Source: Histomonas meleagridis 2922-C6/04-290x
Taxonomy: Eukaryota; Protista; Parabasalia
Direction of reading: 5' to 3'
NCBI GenBank assembly: GCA_020184695.1
Contig: JAANOX010000245.1
Coordinates: 313,887 to 377,886, forward strand
DNA length: 64,000 bases
The notes below the pieces were generated by a model. The model had not been told where the DNA came from, made no database searches, and was given only the letters and a program-made list of their open reading frames with translations. Every line of letters begins with the position of its first letter. Position 1 is the stretch's first letter. The translations under genes and the position numbers were made by a program. Below, one piece after another: positions 55,112 to 64,000 of this stretch.

Positions 55112-56443
55112 TTATTTTTTAATATGTTTTAAAATATGATCAAACATATTATCAACACCTTCACCTGTAATTGCACTTGTTTCAAAATAAGCAGCTTTTA
55201 TTGTCTTTGCTCTACTAATTCCTTTATCGCGTGATATTACTCTATATTTTGTATCAATCTTATTTGCACATAAACAAAGAAGACCATGGAATCCCTTAAG
55301 ATAAAGTCTTTTGAATATTTCTACGTCCTGAAATGATTTAATATTTTCCACAGAAAAAACAATAATAACAGCATCACAATCAAATTTTTTTCTTTCGAAC
55401 AAATCAGGGAAAATTGTTTCATAATCTGGTTCATCATCACATATATCAAAATGCAATTCAATTTTAAATCCTTTATAAATTATTTTTTTCTCATTTAGAA
55501 AATATTCATTTTCATTATCAATTGTTGATTTACATTCATCTAAATCAAAAATACTTTTCTTTAAAGTTGATCTACCAGCAAATTGGCATCCGTAAATATC
55601 TATTTTTAAAGTAGCACTTATTGATTTAGATTTTAAAGATAATTTTGGATTTGTAATCATTAAAAGCATTGAAAGAATTTCATCAATTGTTGGGCGATTT
55701 TTTGGATTCTTTGAAAGCATTTTTTTAATGAGATTTTGTATGTTATTGCTATATTTATTAGAAATTGATATATACTTTCCTTTTGTTATGGATCTTTTAA
55801 GTTCTGCTCTTCCATTCCCATTAAACGGAGGTTGAAGTGTACATAACTCATAAATAATACAGCCTAAAGACCAAATATCTGTTTTATAATCATATGATTG
55901 GAAATTAATTTGTTCAGGAGACATGTATAATAATGTTCCTGCGTATGTTGTACCACATTGCTGATGAATTGTTTCAAGAATTTTAACATCATCAAGATCA
56001 CCAATCTTGACAACATTTGTCTGAGTAAGGAAAATATTTTGTGGCTTTAAGTCACGATGAATAATGTTATGATGATGCATAAATTGAATGCCATGAGCAA
56101 TTTGTATGAAATAATGTATAACTTCTGCTTCTGGAATGTTTGTTTTAGAACTTTGTGATGCTTTTATCCTTTGCGATAAATCACCACCATCTGCATATTC
56201 CATAACAATATTAATAGCTTGGGATTCTACAAAGCAATCAATATAATTGACAATGTTTTGATGAGAATATGATTTAATTATATTAAATTTATTTATAATA
56301 TTATCTTTTTCTTTTGGTGTAAAATATATATTTTCAATTTTTTTGAGTACGATTTTTTCCCTCGATAAAATATTATCTTCTACAAGGAGAATTTTCCCTA
56401 AATAACATGTTCCGAGTGTCTTAATCTTTTTATATTTTTCCAT
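55112..56443 (-). CDS. NEK-family protein kinase fused to a C-terminal Ras/Rab-like small GTPase domain
   Basis: IVMEYADGGDL, HRDLKPQN, GTLLYMSPE and TDIWSLGC, then GCQFAGRSTL, NKID and ETSAITG. Confidence 0.8.
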   Translation of the reverse strand: MEKYKKIKTLGTCYLGKILLVEDNILSREKIVLKKIENIYFTPKEKDNIINKFNIIKSYSHQNIVNYIDCFVESQAINIVMEYADGGDLSQRIKASQSSKTNIPEAEVIHYFIQIAHGIQFMHHHNIIHRDLKPQNIFLTQTNVVKIGDLDDVKILETIHQQCGTTYAGTLLYMSPEQINFQSYDYKTDIWSLGCIIYELCTLQPPFNGNGRAELKRSITKGKYISISNKYSNNIQNLIKKMLSKNPKNRPTIDEILSMLLMITNPKLSLKSKSISATLKIDIYGCQFAGRSTLKKSIFDLDECKSTIDNENEYFLNEKKIIYKGFKIELHFDICDDEPDYETIFPDLFERKKFDCDAVIIVFSVENIKSFQDVEIFKRLYLKGFHGLLCLCANKIDTKYRVISRDKGISRAKTIKAAYFETSAITGEGVDNMFDHILKHIKK

Positions 56444-57109
56444 TTGGGAAAATGTGCCCACAATTAAAATTTTAAATACAGTTCACAAATTTTAGTGAAA
56501 AGTGCACAAAAACGGGAAGAATATAAAACAAAAGTATTTGATTGATTAAATGCTCTAAAAAATGTGTATGATTTTGCCTATCGCATTTACTTACACATAC
56601 CCAACAGCCTCCAAATCTTTTAACAAATGAGTTACTTAATGCATTAAAAACAACAGAAGTTCAATTATCATCAACATTACGCTATCGGTTATTATTAATG
56701 TAATAATGTAATTACAATTTAAATAACTGAAAATTATAATGAAATGTTAAATAGTTTATAACCACCATGGTGAAATTATTGGTATAAATAGAACATGGAG
56801 CAAAAACACAATAAGCAGCTAATAAACTTCTCAAAACGGGCTATTTCCACCCCCTATATATATTTCGATAATTTTAATTATTTATTGAAATATTGATATT
56901 TTGAAGATCAAAAAGTGATCAAAAATGGATTTTTTAAAATTTTTTTATTATGTGATGATTTTAAATAATAATTTTTTTAATTAAAAATGTTTCATTTTGT
57001 TCCACGAATGTATCGCTTGAAAAAAATTTAATTTCAATTTTTCGAATTAATAATTTAGAATTCTCATCAAGCCACTTTTTGAAATGAAAAAATTAAAAAA
57101 AAATAATTT

Positions 57110-59279
57110 GGGTAATCGTTTTCGCCATGAACCGCCCTTTCAAAAAGTGTAGAAATATTTTCAGGAAATTGACGTTTATTTTTAAAGAAGGTAATGGAAC
57201 AAATTATTGAAGAATGCTCTCAGATCAAGATGACATTATTTCCATACAAACAGTATTTAACTATTACACAATTTATCACAGAAATTACAAGGAACATTGG
57301 TATTCCTTATTCTGCATATCAAACGCATAATAAAAATAGAAATCATGTTTTCTGTTGTACTTTCCATGGAACAAGATCTGGTTTAATTTGTTGTAATTCA
57401 AAATTGGTTTTTATGATAGTAATAATTGATAATATTATGTTTTTTTCTGCCAATAAAATTCAATCAAAATTAGAACATTCACATCCATTAGATGTGGATT
57501 TTTATTTAGCTCATAGGAACTTAATGGATTCCACTACAATTAAAAAAATACGCGATCAACAATTAATTGATGTTCCACCAGGAATTATTCGGTCAAATTT
57601 AAATGTTACAATAGATTCAAATATTTTCTACAATATTCGAAGAGATGTTATTCGTGAACAAAAAACCGAAAATTTAGACTTATTAATTAATAAATTACAA
57701 ACGTTTAGATAAATTAAAATATATTTTGCATAAGGATAATGATGGTAATATTTATTCATCGACAGCTATTTATTTAAAAGTATCATCATCTTCATATTGG
57801 AATGATATTATAAATGTTGATGATACATCTGTTACTAATATTTACGATTTTCCATTGATCGTAATAGTTACTATTGATCCAGATGACAAAACTCAAATCC
57901 TTTCGTATGGGTTTATGAAAGATAAAACTTAAGAAGGCTTTACTGTTTTTTTTTAAAGATGTCGGCGATTTCATAAAGAAACCAATTCGAGTAAAAACCA
58001 TGGACAGATGCATAGCACAATTTAATTTAGTAAAAGTAATCTATCCAGAATCTATCATTGGATTTTGTTTGATTCACATCCAACGAAACCTTACGACTCT
58101 TAATGATATGGAAATCATGCATGTGTTTTTCAAAATGATATTAAATATGGATTATTGTGAAGTTTTTATAGATTCGTTTAAGAATTAATGTAAAGAAACA
58201 CAATCAAATGGAAGAGATCTATAATCAAATATGATTAAGCTTAGAGAGCACTGGCTTCCATTAGATTTGGCTCTTCAAGGAGTATATGAAAAATGTATAA
58301 ATACATAACGTGTAGATAATATTTTTTCTCGCTATAAAACAAATTATCAATTTTCACAGATGACTCTTATTCAATCAATAGAGAGATTAAATAATCTCGC
58401 ACACATTTTAATTGTCAAATTAATAAGTCACTCATTAAACAATCATTTTGCACATATCTTGCTTATAAAGGAAGAAGACAAAAATATGATTGGAGACATA
58501 TTTGCAAATACACTGACTGATGAGTATTTAAAGGCACAAATTGATATTTATGAACCTACAGTTTGTTGTTGGTGTATTCTCCGCAATAAAGCACCAGAAT
58601 TTTCAATTCCTTGTCGTCATATTTTGATGACAATTAATGAAATTGAATTAAAGAATATCTAATAGGTATCTTAGAGAAATCCCTTCTGCTGAACAAACCA
58701 AAGTCGATATTATTGAGGATATGAAGAACAATGAGAAAAAAAATTCTACCTCAATAATGGCAATAGTATCGTATTTGGCTTCTCTTGCTCATCAAAATCA
58801 AAAGGTTTCACAACCTTCTGATGATATTTCTGAAAAAGCAGAAATCATCAAAAAACATATTAACATTGGAATGCCATCTGCAATTGCAAGGAAAGGGCAA
58901 TTTTCAAAACATCTCTCTAAAAATGTGGTTCTTGGAGGAAGGCCAAAAACCACAAAATCATATCAATGTAGCATCTGTCATTGTTTTGGGCATAATGTGC
59001 GAACATGTCCAAAAAAAATAAGTAATAACAACTTAATAAAAATATTATGAAACGAATTTTCTGGAAGTTCAATAATGATAATATGATAATCTAAATGATG
59101 GATATGAAATTATGAGAATTGAGAGAATAAAAATGTATAAGTGATGATGATATAAAAAATATGAGATGTTGTTTTATTGAGATATTGTTTGACGGGTTTT
59201 CCATAAAATTTTAGAAAGATTCTCTGGAGTAAATTTCTCCACTTTTCGAGAGGGCGGTTCATAGCGAAAACGATTATCA
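57110..59279 (+). mobile_element. Mutator-like (MULE) DNA transposon, degenerate transposase, TIRs and 9-bp TSD
   Basis: ~48-bp imperfect TIRs (57110-57157, 59233-59279) flanked by AAATAATTT at 57101-57109 and 59280-59288. ORF fragments carry DDTSVTN..FPL, CLIHIQRN, SWIM-like CxC..PCRH and a CxxC..HxxxxC knuckle. Confidence 0.9.
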
Positions 59280-59334
59280 AAATAATTTTGTTCACAATTA
59301 TCAATTCAATTTAAAATCACAAAAATTGTATTGT

Positions 59335-60120
59335 TTATATAGAGAGTGCTCCTGAAATTTCCATACCAGCTATGCTAATGTCTACTGAGACATATCGAGT
59401 ATATGCAGAAGTTTTCCACCTTCCATGGGCTTTTATGATACAATCATTAACATTTTTTGATGAGGCATAATATGCTGCTCATTCACGAAAACTATGAAAT
59501 CCATAATTTTGATATTCTTCAATTCCAATAGTTATAAGTACATATAGAAGATGAGCTCTGAGTGTATATTGAGTTCAAGATTCTATGTGATCATTACTAG
59601 AAATTAAGTTTAAATAATTTATAAATTGAAATGGACTATAATCTGTCTTATTGTCATAGATATTTGTAAACGTACCATTCCCGAACTGATCTGTTTTATA
59701 AGTCTGTATGTTGAGTTTTATTAAGTTTTCGCCTTCAACTACAATATCGCTTTTCTTAGAATTTAGCGCTTCACTTATTCTGAGAAATGCTGCAAACATT
59801 AACGATATCAAGAATATAAACTGTAAATTATCAATATTTGTTGGTGGAAATTTTTCAATTATTTTCGGAAACCATTTTGGATCAAACGGTGGTAACTTTG
59901 CATTCGGACAAGAACCTGAATATGATGACCTTCTCATTCCACTTCTAAATATTTTGAATTTTATTGAATGCGTTAATATTTCCGAGTCATTTTGTTGTAA
60001 ATAATGTGTAAAACTATCAATGTAAGCTGATAACGTACAGCATTTCATATTCTGATCGTTTTTAAATATGAATTTTGAATGTGTAAAATGATCTATGATC
60101 AATTTGCTTTTTTTCCACAT
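59335..60120 (-). pseudogene. Tyrosine recombinase (DIRS/Crypton/phage-integrase type) with two in-frame TGA
   Basis: One frame of 262 codons: FLRISEAL, YKTDQ, HSFRE*AA, HGRWKTSAYTRY. TGA at 59575-59577 and 59479-59481. Confidence 0.85.
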
Positions 60121-60188
60121 ATATGCTTATTTATAATATACATTTTTGATGAAAAAAAAATGCTTCTTTCTCATTTTTTTTGATAATA

Positions 60189-60250
60189 AAAAAAATTGTG
60201 CTATAGTTTTTTTATGGGACTAGATTAACTATAAAGTGCACAATTTTTTT
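60189..60250. repeat. Imperfect inverted repeat (13-bp + 7-bp stem) upstream of the recombinase
   Basis: AAAAAAATTGTGC/GCACAATTTTTTT and TATAGTT/AACTATA with a 4-nt bulge and 18-nt loop. Confidence 0.7.
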
Positions 60251-61000
60251 ATGTGCGATACTTTTTGGGGTGTTTCCCTAAAAAAATAAATTGAATACTT
60301 CACAAAACAGGAAGTCTTTTGAATCAAAAATTATCCTGATTTGAATTCATTTCGTTGTTTTTAATTCACTGCCATTAAAATTCTGAGAAAATATCTCGTT
60401 CACATCATTTTTATTTTTTATCATGTAAAAATCAAGACAAGCCTTGCAATTAGAGAGAAAGACAAAAGCGTATCAAGGCAGAAAGACAAGCACGTATTTA
60501 TAGACGACTTTGTGAAGCTAAAAGTGTCGAATGTTTCAAATATAGAGAGAAATGAAGATATTGATACAGAAAATGAAGAATATGCTGATATTTTTGTTCA
60601 ATAATATTGAGAAACCTCGGAGTTTTCTTTTAACCAAGGTACCCCCTCCCCCAAAGAGAGCCCTAATGGCGTATGAGTGCATTTATCACAAATATGCCGT
60701 AGCCTGACTCCGCGGGCACTTTTTTTATAAAAGGGCGTAGACAGGTGATCAGTATAAAGTGTACGAGAAATGGGGGTTAAGGTTAAATTTTATAGATCAA
60801 TTTCGACCGTTATTATAGGACGTTTAAAAATACAAATATTTTCACATTTCCTGTCATTTCAAGGAAGACGTTTAACGGCTGGTACCTTGCGAATGATATA
60901 TTACGTGAAAATATAAATTTTATCTCATATCGTTCATTTCAAAAAGTTCGAGTACCTTAAATAAAATTTTAGGGAAACTATTTTAAGGCAAATGAATTGT

Positions 61001-61990
61001 TTATTTATTTGAGTTTAGATCTGATTGTAGAAATATGTCATCAGGCGACTTGATTTCTACTTCATTGAACCTTTCCTTTACTGCTTCAATATCCTTCGAT
61101 AGACAACCTTCGAAAGACTGTTCAATGCTGTGGTTTGCTGTTACTATGAATTTAAAACTTACCGGGTACATACCTATTGAACTTCCTTTGATCTCATCTA
61201 AGAAAGGGTATCTATCGCTCCAAATTTTAATATGTCGCAATAGTGCACTTCCATTATACGGGAAATCGTCAAGTATCACTACTTTATGATTTCCTAAAAT
61301 GTAGCCATCCCACCACTTATTAAAAGCTACGAAATAAATTAATCTTCCCGGTACTTTGTGTGCCCAACGGGACTTCGCTACCCCTGCCGGTCCCCATATC
61401 CAATAATTTTTAATTTTAAGTTCTCCCTGGAATGTCCCTGACTCAGCCATATTCCTTAACATATGGGCCCTTTTAACTGCTAAAATTTGATTTCGATGTA
61501 TTATTAAATCCTTAGGATATTTTGATTCTATATCTTCAATTGAAAGTTCTCTAATATCATTCATCAGATTTCCGTAATAATTGTCTTCATCAATTTTCTT
61601 TAAAATTGCTTGTGACACTTGACCAAATTCTCAATAATTATTTTCTTTTCTGCAATATCTTATATTTATGACTTCTGATGATCTTGCAAGTTCTGAGAAG
61701 AAGTTATCTATATTAATTTTTGAAATCAACGAATTTTTTCTACATTTCTTTTTTAAATGTAAGTAAATTTGCAAATGATGAGTTTCTGTAGTTGGAACGA
61801 TTTCCTTTCCTATTATTCCATATTTACAATGATTAGTAATGAATAATTGTAATTGATTATTAATATTATCGTTGTAATTATTGATTTTTCCTGCCCATCT
61901 GATTCCTTCTGGATTGACCTGTTGTACCCTGTTTTGAGCATTTTCTCTTGTCCTAATTGTTTCCATTGCCTCGACGCTTCTTCTGGCCAT
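61001..61990 (-). mobile_element. rep: Endogenous CRESS-DNA-virus-type Rep (HUH endonuclease + SF3 helicase) with one in-frame TGA
   Basis: RWAGKINNY (motif I-like), HLQIY (motif II), YCRK (motif III), GPAGVAKS (Walker A), ILDDF (Walker B), VTAN (motif C). The two track ORFs share a frame and are split only by TGA at 61631-61633. Confidence 0.9.
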
Positions 61991-64000
61991 TTTGATAAGT
62001 GATATTAGTTTATTGACGATTATTTTTTATTGAAATCTTATTATATTATTTGAAATCTCATACATTTTCTGACTTTGGAATTTTTATCATTCAATTTATT
62101 GTTTTTTAGGAAAGTATTCAATTGACATGTTGTGAATTTATAGTTTTTCATGTAACATCTCATTAGGAAGTTCTTAACTTGACACTACTGTGGGAACCTC
62201 ATATTTATTTATAAGTCAGATGGAATATGACGATTCTTTTGATACTTTTGAATCATGTGATGATACATTTGATTATACAATACCTAATGCTTTACCTGAA
62301 TCAATGTTGTCTGAATATGAAGAAAAACCGTTCCAAGTACCTCCTCCGGTACTATCCTACAACCGTGGAAAATTTGAATACTACTTTCTCAAAAAGTGAA
62401 GGCCCTATTCAATCATTATGAAGAATTTGAATTTTTGAAGGTGTAATTTTCATTCAAAAATTGGCTTTCAATTCGTTTTCTGAAAAAACATTCTAATTCT
62501 ATATTATTTTGAATAATTTACAATTTTCGTCATGTTTTTTTCGAATAAAAATTAAATTTGGCGAAGATGGTGTGGAATGAATGTTGTAATATTTCATTTT
62601 CTGCTAATCGAGTTCTATTGTATTATGTTAATTCTCATCTATATGTGCTTATTTGCACCTATATGTGTTACTTTTCATCATTTTATGTACCAACATTTGC
62701 TTAAATCATTCAAATATAATTTGGCAAATATGTAATTCGAACGACTTTCATTTGATATAGATAATACATAGTGAACATGGGGTTTAGTTAAAGATGGATT
62801 CAAACTTATTCTAATATCAGACATGGAGCTCATATGATTAATTATATTCAAAAAGTTTACAAATCAATGTTTACATTATTATTTCAATGAGCAATTGATT
62901 TAATTATTTCCATCCAACCTCCACAAAACATCATATATTTTTTTCTTTTTATTTTAATTGCTCTGATCGTCGTAAAGATTAAATTTTATAAGATTTTAAA
63001 GTAATAAAACATAATTAATATGTAGAACATGACAATTCATAAACATTTGTATGCGAAGCAATTGATTTTATTGATCAATTTATAAAATATTAATTAAGTC
63101 AAAAATGAATTTTAATGTAACATTTATATAAAATTTGTGTTGTAATACAGAGAAGATTAAATATTTTACAATATCTTAATTCTTGATCGTCATTTAATAT
63201 ATAATAATCGTTTCTTTTGATTCATTATAATCAATGCAATGTATAATGTATGCAATGTCGATAACTTGCTATATAATAATATCTGTTTCAGCATCTTTGC
63301 CGAATTTAATTTATTTTTGTTCAAAAAACATGGCGAAAATCGTAAATTATTCAAAATGAAATTGAATCAAAATATTTTTGCAAAAAACGAATTTAGAGCC
63401 AATTTTTGAATGCAAATTACGCCTCATTTAAATTCTCCATAATGATTGAATGAAGCCTTCACTTTTTGAATACAACTTATCCAAATTTCTAACGGGTTAC
63501 TCTCTAAGCAAAAGGGAAAATTTGAATACCTTGCTATCGAAAAGTGGGAACGTCTTTCAATTATGCGTGATTTTTTAAATAACATTGAAAAAATCTCATT
63601 CAAAATATTTTCGTGAGAAAATATCCCTTCTCTAATTTGATTCAAATGTATTACATTTCTTGACATGTAAATTTCTGAAAATTTATAAAATGTCACCAAA
63701 TAGATTTGTTCACAAATCAATTTACACATGTTTAAATGCAATCGATTTAGAGAAATTGAAATGATACAAGAATAATTACATTTCAAATGCTTGATCCAAA
63801 CTCACAACTAATTGCAAATCTGCTGTATCATTTTGTGTATTTTGTGGTTCTCCTTTAGATATTAATAATCAATATTATACATTAATATCAATCAAATGAT
63901 TTATGTATTTATTCGGAACATCAAAAGTTAATGAGGGTTAAATAAACATTCAGGTTGTACTCCAAACGGTCGCCACAAGAAAAATATTGTTTCTATATTC

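Noticed and set aside
59335-61990. TGA=Trp (Mollicute code) explaining the in-frame stops in Rep and YR
   Set aside because: The other Trp codons checked in Rep are TGG, and one YR TGA sits at a position expected to be Gly or Arg. Simple nonsense mutation is more parsimonious.
62586-62594. AAATATTAC nonamer (minus strand) as the CRESS origin
   Set aside because: Only a 4-bp flanking stem, and expected by chance in AT-rich DNA.
62190-63786. Short ORFs as a possible capsid gene
   Set aside because: Too short or fragmentary, with no basic N-terminus or recognisable capsid features.

Overview
Strongly AT-rich eukaryotic DNA with compact, mostly intronless genes. The gene families (DUF3447-type ankyrin proteins, a BspA-type LRR remnant, M60-like and F5/8C proteins, a CCTTT M5-like motif before RPS7) point to a parabasalid of the Tritrichomonas/Histomonas type; this is inference. 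0.4-8 kb: RabGAP, M60-like protein and a frameshifted importin-beta-like gene. 8.3-22 kb: a ~4 kb inverted duplication (DNAAF1, LST8, ankyrin array) around a TPT-family transporter and two divergent DUF3447-ankyrin genes. 22-56.5 kb: intact genes, including a tuberin/RalGAP-like protein, an odd tRNA, a TOR-like pseudokinase, a bacterial-looking methyltransferase, RPS7, a 2634-aa NT-C2/charged-helix protein, CCZ1-like, PX, PAC4-like, Sec5-like, UBX and a NEK-GTPase fusion. 57-64 kb: a mobile-element island holding a MULE with TIRs and a 9-bp TSD, a tyrosine recombinase and a CRESS-DNA-virus-type Rep. The most striking signal is in the three ankyrin arrays. Nearly every ankyrin repeat is interrupted at the same position by a stop-containing, frame-breaking, AT-rich insert of fixed length (83 nt from the D/N codon to the T codon, i.e. 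about 68 extra nt, giving an exact 170-nt period). The inserts have no GT-AG or branch-point signals and are a candidate undescribed intron or recoding class. Second is the capsid-less Rep + tyrosine recombinase pair. All analysis was done by eye; no database searches were run.
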